DNA of 61,291 nt from Candidatus Gottesmanbacteria bacterium (GTDB lineage Bacteria > Patescibacteriota > Microgenomatia > UBA10105). This document shows, in pieces, positions 46,098 through 54,089 of the stretch (the first letter of the stretch is position 1; the number at the start of each line of letters is the position of its first letter). The notes under the pieces are model-generated. The model saw nothing but the letters and a program-made list of their open reading frames with translations. It did no database searches and was not told the DNA's origin. Both the position numbers and the translations under genes were made by a program. Location: NCBI GenBank assembly GCA_023245415.1, contig JAHFKJ010000005.1, forward strand, positions 7,535 through 68,825. The letters are read 5' to 3'.

Positions 46098-46826
46098 TTA
46101 TGATTTTAATATAAAAGGCAATACCCGTGCATCTGCAAGATTTTGCACTACTAAGTCTGCTTTTGTTGCCATTAACTGTGCATGCGAATGACGTCCGGTA
46201 GCTACAGCGATGGTGTTTGCCTGAATATTTAATCCGCATGACACATCCTGAGGTGTGTCGCCAATTACGACTATTTGTTCAGGAGTAAAATCTATCCCAA
46301 AAAAATCTCTGGCACGAGAAAATGTCTGTTTTGCTAGTTCAATTCTATTTTCCGCCTCATTCCCGTATAAGCCAAATTCAAAGTGCTGATTTAATTTAAT
46401 AAGAGACATCTTATACTTGGCTATGGGACGAAAGTTTCCCGTTAATAATCCAAGATGGACTTGATTTGAAAGATGTGTAACTAAGTGAATTGCTTCGTTT
46501 AACAGCTCATAATAGTCATCTACATTCGAGATTGTGACTTTTTTAATATAATAATCACACATCACGTTATATATTTGATCAAATCTGGATCTGATAAATA
46601 ATTCATCCAAACCAATTTTTTTCCCGAGCTCTAAAATTATTTTACGATCAATATTGCCGGGAACAATACTCCAGTCAATAATTATTTCTTTGCCTAATAC
46701 TTTTTTAAAAGCGTGATCAAAATGTCCCACAGGTTTTTTGGATCGGATAAGCGTACCATCTATATCAAATAAAACTAGTTTTCTCTCTTTAGCTGATTTT
46801 AATTTTTTGGTGGTAATTTTCTTCAT
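46098..46826 (-). CDS. HAD-superfamily hydrolase
   Basis: Motif I LFDIDGTL, motif II LLTGN, motif IV IGDTPQD. The start is taken at ATG 46826 and overlaps the end of the PfkB gene. Confidence 0.78.
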   Translation of the reverse strand: MKKITTKKLKSAKERKLVLFDIDGTLIRSKKPVGHFDHAFKKVLGKEIIIDWSIVPGNIDRKIILELGKKIGLDELFIRSRFDQIYNVMCDYYIKKVTISNVDDYYELLNEAIHLVTHLSNQVHLGLLTGNFRPIAKYKMSLIKLNQHFEFGLYGNEAENRIELAKQTFSRARDFFGIDFTPEQIVVIGDTPQDVSCGLNIQANTIAVATGRHSHAQLMATKADLVVQNLADARVLPFILKS

Positions 46827-47769
46827 AGCGGTTTTGAAAATCCTCTTTGGAAAATTTGTGGGTTTGCGTTCCGTATTTTTCGACGGTGTAAGCAGCTGCA
46901 ACCGATCCCATTTGACCGCATGTCACAAGATCAAGACCGCGGAGAAATCCTGCTAAAAATCCGGCGCGATAGGCATCTCCCGCACCGGTCGGATCTTGAG
47001 TGTTTGCTACTTTTGCTGGCTTAATTTTTAAAAACCCCGCCTTTCCTTTTCTTAATTTATGGGGAGGCGAGGACGGATTAAATTCAATTATCGATCCTTT
47101 ATTTCCTAAAGTAGTAACTACAATCGAAGTCAAATATACGAGTTTCTCGTGATTAATCTTAAGTTTTTTCTCGATCAAAGCAATTTCGTAATCATTACCG
47201 ATTAAAATCGCACAGTTTTTGATAGCTTCTAATAATTCATGGGGTGAAAAATGGTCGATTTGAAAAGCCGGATCATACATATATGGAGTATTCAATTTAT
47301 TACATTCATCGATTTGTTTAATCATCGCACTCGGATCATTGGGAGCAATCACTACAAAATCTATTTTTTCATCTATTGATTGAAGTTTAAGAACGGAATT
47401 TTGTTTCATTGCTCCTTCATAAAACGCTCCAATTTGGTTATCTTCTGTATCAGTGACCACAAAATAAGATCCAGTTACTTCACTTGCAATAACTTTTATA
47501 TAATTCGTGGATATCTTATTGCTCGAAAGGAACTTGAGGTACGGCGAAAAATCATTTCCGGCCGCAGAAAGAATCAGAGGATTCATGCCTAATAATTTTA
47601 ATGAGTAGGCAATATTTCCGGCAGTACCGCCAAACTGTTTCTTTAAACGGTTTACCAGAAAACTTAAGGATATTTTATGGATTTTGTGGGGCATGATCCG
47701 GTCTGCAATTTTACCTGGAAAATCCATAATATAGTCATAACCCAAAGAACCGGTAATGATAATATTCAT
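46789..47769 (-). CDS. PfkB-family carbohydrate/nucleoside kinase (ribokinase/adenosine kinase-like)
   Basis: N-terminal GSLGYD and GG.AGN, and a C-terminal DPTGAGDAYRAGFL. Confidence 0.85.
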   Translation of the reverse strand: MNIIITGSLGYDYIMDFPGKIADRIMPHKIHKISLSFLVNRLKKQFGGTAGNIAYSLKLLGMNPLILSAAGNDFSPYLKFLSSNKISTNYIKVIASEVTGSYFVVTDTEDNQIGAFYEGAMKQNSVLKLQSIDEKIDFVVIAPNDPSAMIKQIDECNKLNTPYMYDPAFQIDHFSPHELLEAIKNCAILIGNDYEIALIEKKLKINHEKLVYLTSIVVTTLGNKGSIIEFNPSSPPHKLRKGKAGFLKIKPAKVANTQDPTGAGDAYRAGFLAGFLRGLDLVTCGQMGSVAAAYTVEKYGTQTHKFSKEDFQNRYEENYHQKIKIS

Positions 47770-47773
47770 AAAA

Positions 47774-47822
47774 AATCAACTAATCATCTAATACTTCAAA
47801 AAATGAAAACTATTAGTTGATT
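47774..47822. repeat. R4 repeat: AATCAACTAATCATCTAATACT with inverted partner ATTAGTTGATT (hairpin, then T5, then ATG)
   Basis: The 22-mer at 47774-47795 is identical to 51479-51500. The 11-bp stem pairs 47774-84 with 47812-22. Confidence 0.8.
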
Positions 47823-47823
47823 G

Positions 47824-48102
47824 TCACTGTCCTATTCCCAGGCTCTGCGACATGGATGCGAGCTTATTGGCTGCTGCCTGTTGAGACTGGCGAATAGCAT
47901 CGTTTAAGGTTTCTACCAGTTCCGGAATATTTTGACCATCTATCATGACACTTTCTACCACCTGATTTCCGGTGATAACCACCGAAATTCTTCCTTGGGT
48001 TGAGGTGAATTTGAGTTGTCCCAATTCCTCTTGAATTTTTGCCGCTTGCTCCTGCATTTTCGCCGGATTCAAATTGGCCAAAGCTTTGAGTGGATTAAAC
48101 AT
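47824..48102 (-). CDS. ybaB: YbaB/EbfC-family nucleoid-associated protein
   Basis: About 92 aa (MQEQAAKIQEEL....G..V.V...G...V..V.ID), downstream of dnaX. Confidence 0.85.
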   Translation of the reverse strand: MFNPLKALANLNPAKMQEQAAKIQEELGQLKFTSTQGRISVVITGNQVVESVMIDGQNIPELVETLNDAIRQSQQAAANKLASMSQSLGIGQ

Positions 48103-48123
48103 ATTTATTCCTTTCTTTTGAAA

Positions 48124-48215
48124 GATATTTTGATATTAAGATATTGAGATATTAAGAGTCATGTATCGAAATTATTTACTTGCTTAGTATCACAATATCT
48201 GAGTATCTTCGTATC
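48124..48215. repeat. R6: two opposed arrays of 4 x GATAT(T) / (G/A)TATC at exact 8-bp period
   Basis: GATATT at 48124, 48132, 48140 and 48148. GTATC/ATATC at 48187, 48195, 48203 and 48211. Confidence 0.8.
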
Positions 48216-48220
48216 GTTTT

Positions 48221-49576
48221 TCAACTTCTCTTCTTAAGTATTGTTTTTATCTTTATATCTGACCCTATCACATCCTGAATTGTTTTTGCAAGTATATTTT
48301 GCATCACTGCCTCATTTAACCGTTCAGCATGAAACTTATACGCAGCTTCAATAAACAATACTCCATTATCAACGTAAAGCGGTTTACATGATCTGAGGAC
48401 GCCTGAGAGTGAATTGTTCTGAGGTTTTATTTTTTCAATAATTTCCTGCCACTTATCCTGGTAGGTTCTGGCAGTTGATTCGTCAACAACTATATCATTA
48501 CTAGCTTGTTGATGATCTTCTTGATTAATTTTAGATTTAGATTTTCTGGCTAAAGTAATTTTATCTTCTGCATATTCTATAATCGCCAACTCAAACGGTA
48601 AAGTTGAAATGACGGCGGTTTTCAGTTGGGAAAATGCTTGAGACAGAAGATTTATAATCTGGCGCAAATCTGCTTTTTCCCAGGTTGTTATATATCCCGA
48701 GTAGGCTCGGACTAATTCTTTTTCAAGACTTTGCAGTACAACCCAAAAAAACCGGTGGATATTTTTACCTTCTGCAACTAGCTGCAGAATAGTTTCTATA
48801 AGTTCTTTAGTTTTTTTGAGTCGGAGCGACTCTAGAAAAATATTTAAAGTGCCACTGTCGATACTACCGATTTTTTTTCTTACTTCACTTATTCCGATAT
48901 GGCTTACTTCTAAAGTCAGTTCCTGAAGTAATTTCGCACCGTCCCGAAACGACCCGTCTGAGGCTGCTGCGATTTCGATGAGGGCATTATCTTCGATATC
49001 TAATTTCTCTCCCAAAACGATGCGTTTCAGAGACTTAACTAAGTCATCTTCGGCAGCTCTATTAAAGGCCACTTGAATGCATCGCGACGCGACAGTTTCC
49101 GGTACTTTGTGAGATTCGGTGGTGGCTAAAATAAATATCGCATGTACGGGAGGTTCTTCAAGGGTTTTAAGTAGTGCATTAAATGCTTCAGTTGTAAGCA
49201 TATGCACTTCATCAATTATGTAGACTTTATATTTTAATTCTAGCGGAAATAATTTAATTTTCTCACGTAAGTCGCGGATCTCGTCAATCCCCCGATTGGA
49301 TGCTGCATCTATCTCTAACACATCAAGCTGTGTACCTTTACTGATACTTAAGCAAATCGGACAGATTCCGCAGGCTTCACCATTTTTTTTATTTTTACAA
49401 TTTACGATTTTAGCTACTATTCTCGCAGTCGACGTCTTGCCGGTACCTTTTGGACCAACAAATAAAAATGCGTGCGGAAACGGTTCTTTGGCTAAATACT
49501 TGGAGATCAGCCCCGCCACGTATGAATTATCCAGTTCAGATAGTGTTTTGGGGCGATATTTAAGATAAAATACCAT
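48221..49576 (-). CDS. dnaX: DNA polymerase III subunit gamma/tau (short form)
   Basis: YRPK, Walker A GPKGTGKTS, a Zn module C..C..C, DEVHML and SRC. Confidence 0.93.
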   Translation of the reverse strand: MVFYLKYRPKTLSELDNSYVAGLISKYLAKEPFPHAFLFVGPKGTGKTSTARIVAKIVNCKNKKNGEACGICPICLSISKGTQLDVLEIDAASNRGIDEIRDLREKIKLFPLELKYKVYIIDEVHMLTTEAFNALLKTLEEPPVHAIFILATTESHKVPETVASRCIQVAFNRAAEDDLVKSLKRIVLGEKLDIEDNALIEIAAASDGSFRDGAKLLQELTLEVSHIGISEVRKKIGSIDSGTLNIFLESLRLKKTKELIETILQLVAEGKNIHRFFWVVLQSLEKELVRAYSGYITTWEKADLRQIINLLSQAFSQLKTAVISTLPFELAIIEYAEDKITLARKSKSKINQEDHQQASNDIVVDESTARTYQDKWQEIIEKIKPQNNSLSGVLRSCKPLYVDNGVLFIEAAYKFHAERLNEAVMQNILAKTIQDVIGSDIKIKTILKKRS

Positions 49577-49676
49577 ATGCGAAGATGAATACCAAAAGGT
49601 ACAATTGTCTCCTCCAAAGGCGGATCAACAATTAGTTAAAAATGCGACAATTAAATTGGAATTTATTTTATTTATA

Positions 49677-50093
49677 TTAATCATGATGCTTACCCATAAG
49701 ATGATCAAGTCCGTGTGTAATCAATTCTTCTATCCTTTGATCTACCAGCTGATTGTCATATGCTGCTTCCAAAATTGTCTGGGGAAAAGATATGACCACA
49801 TCTCCTAAACGCAAAATCTGGTCTGGAGAAGATTTCTCCGGAGAAAAACCCACCATGATATCTTTGCGGGTTGAGGCGCTCGCATCGTCTATCGGGAAAG
49901 ATAAAACGTCAGTTGTTTCGTTCAAATTCCTAAACTTAAGATTAAGCATTTTCATTTTTCGATCCCCGATAATATTAATTCCTACTTCGACGTCGTTTTT
50001 GATTTTATCTGCAAGGTAAGTTTCCACGAAACTCCGTATCTTTACCCGATCAGCAGGAAACCTTGACTCAATATAAATTAATACAGAAATCAT
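49677..50093 (-). CDS. ybeY: rRNA maturation endoribonuclease YbeY
   Basis: Metal motif HGLDHLMGKHH at the C-terminus, 138 aa. Confidence 0.88.
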   Translation of the reverse strand: MISVLIYIESRFPADRVKIRSFVETYLADKIKNDVEVGINIIGDRKMKMLNLKFRNLNETTDVLSFPIDDASASTRKDIMVGFSPEKSSPDQILRLGDVVISFPQTILEAAYDNQLVDQRIEELITHGLDHLMGKHHD

Positions 50094-50132
50094 AAATAAT
50101 ACAGGACTTACGCAATTAATTTAAGTCTAGGC

Positions 50133-50205
50133 TGTCATTGCGAGCGAAGCGAAGCAATCCAGTTACATATAAGATTGCCACGTCGCTACGCTCCTCGCAA
50201 TGACA
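50133..50205. repeat. P1 palindromic element, intergenic copy (TGTCATTGCGAG ... CTCGCAATGACA)
   Basis: Perfect 12-bp terminal inverted repeats at 50133-44 and 50194-205. The arms extend imperfectly to about 26-32 nt, and outer ACTTACGCA/TGCGTAACT flanks also pair. Confidence 0.85.
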
Positions 50206-50232
50206 AAGTGCGTAACTCATGAAAATAATAAA

Positions 50233-50302
50233 AGCGTATAGGTGTTAGCGTATAGCGTTTAGCAGTATACTTTCTTGTACTAAGCTCTAATTCCTAAACG
50301 CT
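50233..50302. repeat. R5 copy (TAGCGTATAG x2) merging into hairpin AGCGTTTAG...CTAAACGCT downstream of the YqeY-like gene
   Basis: AGCGTATAG at 50233-41 and TAGCGTATAG at 50246-55. The stem pairs 50254-62 with 50294-302. On the minus strand a T-rich run follows, so it is a possible terminator. Confidence 0.6.
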
Positions 50303-50314
50303 CGTTACTGATAA

Positions 50315-50776
50315 TTATTTAAGTTCTTCTTGCACAATTTGTTTGACCTGTGCGCCATCAGCTTTTCCCTTAAGCTCTTTCATCACGACCCCCATCACTT
50401 GTCCAAAAGTAGTCATTCCTGAAGCGGTTACGTTATGAACGATTTCACGAATTTGAGCAGCTGTTAACTGCGGGGGCAAATAAGTAGAAAGAATAGCTAG
50501 TTCTGCTTCTTCCTTCAATTTCAAATCAGCTCTATTTCCTTTCGCATATGCGGCTATCGATTCTTTATGCGTTTTAACCTGCTTTTGGATTACTTTGATA
50601 ACTTCTTCATCGGTAAGTGAAGTTGTTGACCCAGGCGGATATGCATCAATTTCATAACTCTTTATTGCAGCCAGTAGAAAACGCAGCGTTCCAGTCTTAA
50701 TTTTATCTCCTGCTTTTAACGCTGTAATTACTTCTTTGCTGATATCCTTAAATAATTTGCTCACTGGTAAGTTCAA
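50315..50776 (-). CDS. GatB/YqeY domain-containing protein
   Basis: 153 aa with AMKAGDK-like ALKAGDKIK..TLR.L. and a C-terminal G.ADG..V...V. Confidence 0.8.
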   Translation of the reverse strand: MNLPVSKLFKDISKEVITALKAGDKIKTGTLRFLLAAIKSYEIDAYPPGSTTSLTDEEVIKVIQKQVKTHKESIAAYAKGNRADLKLKEEAELAILSTYLPPQLTAAQIREIVHNVTASGMTTFGQVMGVVMKELKGKADGAQVKQIVQEELK

Positions 50777-50882
50777 AGCGCACAGTCAAAAATAATCTAA
50801 TTAAATATTCGATGTCGCATTGCTTATAGTTATCCTTAGTCTTTTGTTGTCAATGATAAAAAAGTTGAAACAAAATTATGGA

Positions 50883-51080
50883 TCAATAAGATCTGCGCGT
50901 TATTTTGCGCCGTTTTAATAATTTGGCTTTTTCTTTACGGACTTCGGCTGGTTTTTGATAAAATTCGCGTTTTCTTAAATCCTGTAAAATACCTTCAGCC
51001 AAAACTTTTTTTGAGAACTTACGAATAAGGCTATCTGATGTGTCCCCTGGTTGAGCCTTAACTATTACCATTTGTTTCAA
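50883..51080 (-). CDS. rpsU: 30S ribosomal protein S21
   Basis: 65 aa with SLIRKFSKKV....L.DLRKREFY.KP.E and a basic tail. Confidence 0.88.
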   Translation of the reverse strand: MKQMVIVKAQPGDTSDSLIRKFSKKVLAEGILQDLRKREFYQKPAEVRKEKAKLLKRRKITRRSY

Positions 51081-51477
51081 GCACCTCCTTTAAAAGAGCT
51101 TGTTGTAGCATTTCAGCTAGTTCTTTATTTTGATTGATTTCGCTTGGGCGCATAAATTCCTGAATTCGCACTTTACTCAAATAGTGTGGAACAATCCATA
51201 CATGTGCATGTTCTATTTCATGTCCGAATGTCGCTATAGTCACATGATCAGCTCCCAATATTGGTATTATACCACGAATTAGACGTCCCGCAGCAGTAAA
51301 AAATTCCCCCATATTTGGCATCTCATAAATCCATCTATAGTGTATCTTGGGAATTAACTGTAGATGTCCACGACTTTTGGGATATTTATCTAAAAAAGCC
51401 AAACACAGCTTATCTTCAAAAACAACCCTCGCAGGCTCTTTTTTGGCAACGATCTGGCAGAAAACACATGTAATCAT
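51058..51477 (-). CDS. HIT-family (histidine triad) hydrolase
   Basis: CVFCQI and the histidine triad HAHVWIVPH. Confidence 0.85.
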   Translation of the reverse strand: MITCVFCQIVAKKEPARVVFEDKLCLAFLDKYPKSRGHLQLIPKIHYRWIYEMPNMGEFFTAAGRLIRGIIPILGADHVTIATFGHEIEHAHVWIVPHYLSKVRIQEFMRPSEINQNKELAEMLQQALLKEVLETNGNS

Positions 51478-51478
51478 G

Positions 51479-51567
51479 AATCAACTAATCATCTAATACT
51501 CAAATCAACCAATGTGCTTGTGGTCATTCTAAATTAGATGATTAGATAATTGAGGTATTAGATGATT
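51479..51567. repeat. R4 repeat cluster: one forward 22-mer and two inverted partial copies
   Basis: AATCAACTAATCATCTAATACT at 51479-51500, ATTAGATGATTAG at 51533-45, GTATTAGATGATT at 51555-67. The outer copies form a roughly 17-bp stem. Confidence 0.8.
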
Positions 51568-52053
51568 TTATAGTTTGTAACCCAATTTTCTCAACAACTC
51601 TTTTCGGCGCATAATATCTGAAGGAGTTTCAACGTGGGTGGGTGAACCACCATCAACCACACCCATTACCCCTGCACCTTGATCGGTACGAGCCACAATA
51701 ACTTCGACTTCATTGGCAGTCGCACAGAAAATCCGCACAACTTCGGGAACCATCTTAATCGCGTTTAAAATGTTAATGGGGAAAACATTCTCCAGAAAAA
51801 TATAAAAAGTGTGTCCGCAGGCGACTTTCTGAGCGTTTTGAATCGCTAAACTAACCATTTCATCACTCGTTCCCGAGGTTCTGATAAGCCGTGGCCCTGA
51901 TGCCTCACAAAAAGCTATACCGAATTTGATTCCCGGCACACCGCTAATTAATACTTCGTGTAAATCTTCGATAGTTTTTATAAAATGCGCTTGTCCGAAT
52001 ATAAAGTTAACTGAATTTGGATTTTCTATTTTAAACACTTCTGTTTTTAGCAT
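51568..52053 (-). CDS. PF04008-type protein (annotated family name: adenosine-specific kinase)
   Basis: GQAHFIKT.EDLHE.L....PG.KFG.AFCEASG, FPINILNAIK.VPEV and ATAN resemble the archaeal/bacterial PF04008 family as I recall it. Confidence 0.6.
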   Translation of the reverse strand: MLKTEVFKIENPNSVNFIFGQAHFIKTIEDLHEVLISGVPGIKFGIAFCEASGPRLIRTSGTSDEMVSLAIQNAQKVACGHTFYIFLENVFPINILNAIKMVPEVVRIFCATANEVEVIVARTDQGAGVMGVVDGGSPTHVETPSDIMRRKELLRKLGYKL

Positions 52054-52120
52054 AAACCTCCGTTTGATTAAAAATTGTATGAATAATATTTATTATAACT
52101 TAATTCTTGATTATAAAATT

Positions 52121-53017
52121 TTAACTCTTGAGTACGTCAATAATATTTTGTAACGTTAGAATCGTCGGTTTCATGTCGGGATTTTTAGTGGTACCGTTTA
52201 GTAAAATTTTTTTGCTCGAATGTAAGTACCAGGTTGCCTGGGCATCTTTAAGTTTAAGGATTTCATAAGCTTTTGTAAAATCGACCCGAGTACCGGGCAA
52301 ACCTTTGATGCGGACGTAACCTTTTTTGGGATCTTTACGCAAAACGACTACGAAACCGCTCTTTTGCGCATACTTTAATACGCCGTCATTTACCGTTTCA
52401 AATCCCAATCCTTTTCCCCATTGTGTCTCAAACTTAATCCCTTCATCCATTATTTCTTCTGCCCAAATTTTTTCCTGCATCGATTTATAAATAGCATCAA
52501 GCATCATAAATCCAAAATCCATAACTTGGCTATCATCATCAGGATATACAGTTTTTATACCATCTAATATACTTATAGCCTCAAACACATGGTAATCAGC
52601 TATGGCGTCAGTTTGCCCCGCTTCCCCAAAATGATCATAAAAATTGACTACCTCGCACATCCGATCCAACGCTTCATCATTCCAATTTTCACTATTCTTA
52701 TTACCCTTGCCACCATTTCCGACTTCTTGTGTAAGATACGCATACGTTTTGGTGGCAGCGCAAATATGCTCACTGGTCTGATGATGATCCAACAATCCAA
52801 ATCCCGTATCCACATGCATCACTTGCGGGTCACTATCTACGATCTCGTTTTTAAGAGTTTTGCCAGCAGGAACAAACGCGATCTTTGCGTTTTTCCAGTT
52901 CGGTAGAAAGCGCCTTATGAGCCACGTAGCTGTGATCGCATCAAGATCAGGTGCGTGGTGTGTGACGATATACATGTGAAGAAGTATATCTAGTGATAGC
53001 TTATTTCGCAACGTCAT
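52121..53017 (-). CDS. DHH-family phosphoesterase-like protein
   Basis: THHAPDLDAI (DxD motif) and VDTGFGLLDHHQ (DHH motif). The start is taken at ATG 53017, because the TTG at 53044 is formed by repeat R1. Confidence 0.6.
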   Translation of the reverse strand: MTLRNKLSLDILLHMYIVTHHAPDLDAITATWLIRRFLPNWKNAKIAFVPAGKTLKNEIVDSDPQVMHVDTGFGLLDHHQTSEHICAATKTYAYLTQEVGNGGKGNKNSENWNDEALDRMCEVVNFYDHFGEAGQTDAIADYHVFEAISILDGIKTVYPDDDSQVMDFGFMMLDAIYKSMQEKIWAEEIMDEGIKFETQWGKGLGFETVNDGVLKYAQKSGFVVVLRKDPKKGYVRIKGLPGTRVDFTKAYEILKLKDAQATWYLHSSKKILLNGTTKNPDMKPTILTLQNIIDVLKS

Positions 53018-53023
53018 CGAAAA

Positions 53024-53056
53024 GGGTTCAACCCTTAAATCCAAAAAGTTGAACCC
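53024..53056. repeat. R1 repeat copy 3 (GGGTTCAACCC, 13 nt spacer, GTTGAACCC)
   Basis: 53024-53034 and 53048-53056, in the 45-nt gap between mvaD and the DHH-like gene. Confidence 0.75.
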
Positions 53057-53062
53057 TGATGA

Positions 53063-54043
53063 TTAGAATAAATGTTTATCCGTTAATCTAGCTCCAACCG
53101 CAGGCTGATTAACAATAATCTGCTTCACGAAATCCAGTTTTTGTAATTTTAGTTTCAAAATTGCAGCATTTTTTCCTTCGCAAAGCAGGTGAATATTTTG
53201 ACCGGTGTTAATCGTAAAATAAACAGGCAGTCCTTCACTTCGCCAAATCTTAGTCAGTTTCATGAGTGCTAATGTACCCGATGTCCAGTAAATTAATGAA
53301 GGTTGTGAAGTCAACATAATTGCATGTAACTCCAAAGCTTCGGATTCAACAAGTTCTCCAAATTGGAGAAAATTACGATTTTTTATCAGCTGCTTCATTT
53401 GTGCAATTTTTTCATCTATATACCGTAGACGGGTGGCAAAAAACGGGCTAGTAGCATGAAGTTTTTGACCTTGTGAAGAAGGTACCTCTTTAACATCCTC
53501 GCTCACTACAACTGCCAGATCCACAATGTCCCAATAACCAGGCGGAAAAATTGAAATTGCATAGGAAGTTTCGTTCGTGTCCCCATCTAACCATTCCACA
53601 AAGCCGCTGGGAATTGACCGACATGCAGATCCTGATCCTATCCGGGCAAGGATTGATAATTCTTTTTCTGAAAAGTGAAGTCCAGCTGCTTTTACACCGG
53701 CTACAGTAAGAGCAGCGAACCCTGATGCTGATGAAGAAAGTCCCGTCGCCATGGGGAAATTAAAAGTTGATACAACCCGAGCTTTTTGATTCGATCCGGC
53801 TAGTTTGCGAATTCGATCTATATGTTTAATAACTCTACTTAATTGCTGGCTAGATAGTAATTTTTCATTAACGATCACTCGGTCACTTGAAAATGTATCT
53901 GCAAATTCAACGGTAGTGGTAGTTGTGAGATTTGATAAATTTATTGAAATGCTGCCATTTTCAGGGATACGCCAAATCTCATCTTTCTTACCCCAGTACT
54001 TAATTAGGGCAATATTTGCTGGACCAACTGCTGTAGCTTTCAT
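53063..54043 (-). CDS. mvaD: diphosphomevalonate decarboxylase family (MVD, or phosphomevalonate decarboxylase)
   Basis: NIALIKYWGKKDE and FNFPMATGLSSSASGFAAL (GHMP motif). Confidence 0.88.
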   Translation of the reverse strand: MKATAVGPANIALIKYWGKKDEIWRIPENGSISINLSNLTTTTTVEFADTFSSDRVIVNEKLLSSQQLSRVIKHIDRIRKLAGSNQKARVVSTFNFPMATGLSSSASGFAALTVAGVKAAGLHFSEKELSILARIGSGSACRSIPSGFVEWLDGDTNETSYAISIFPPGYWDIVDLAVVVSEDVKEVPSSQGQKLHATSPFFATRLRYIDEKIAQMKQLIKNRNFLQFGELVESEALELHAIMLTSQPSLIYWTSGTLALMKLTKIWRSEGLPVYFTINTGQNIHLLCEGKNAAILKLKLQKLDFVKQIIVNQPAVGARLTDKHLF

Positions 54044-54089
54044 AAGAAAAAATAAATTTGTAATTTTAAGTTAGTAGTTAGTATTTTAT

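Noticed and set aside
48124-48215. Short periodic repeats (R6 here, plus R2 and R5) considered as possible CRISPR arrays.
   Set aside because: The repeat units are 5-18 nt with 0-8 nt between them and only 2-4 copies. There are no spacers of about 30 nt and no cas genes.
48868-48880. An A8 run (AGA AAA AAA ATC) in dnaX. A -1 slip there would read AAT CGG TAG and terminate, which is reminiscent of the E. coli dnaX gamma frameshift.
   Set aside because: The site is at about residue 235 of 451, before domain III, which a gamma subunit needs for clamp-loader assembly. No downstream stimulatory hairpin is obvious. It is most likely an ordinary Lys-Lys codon run.
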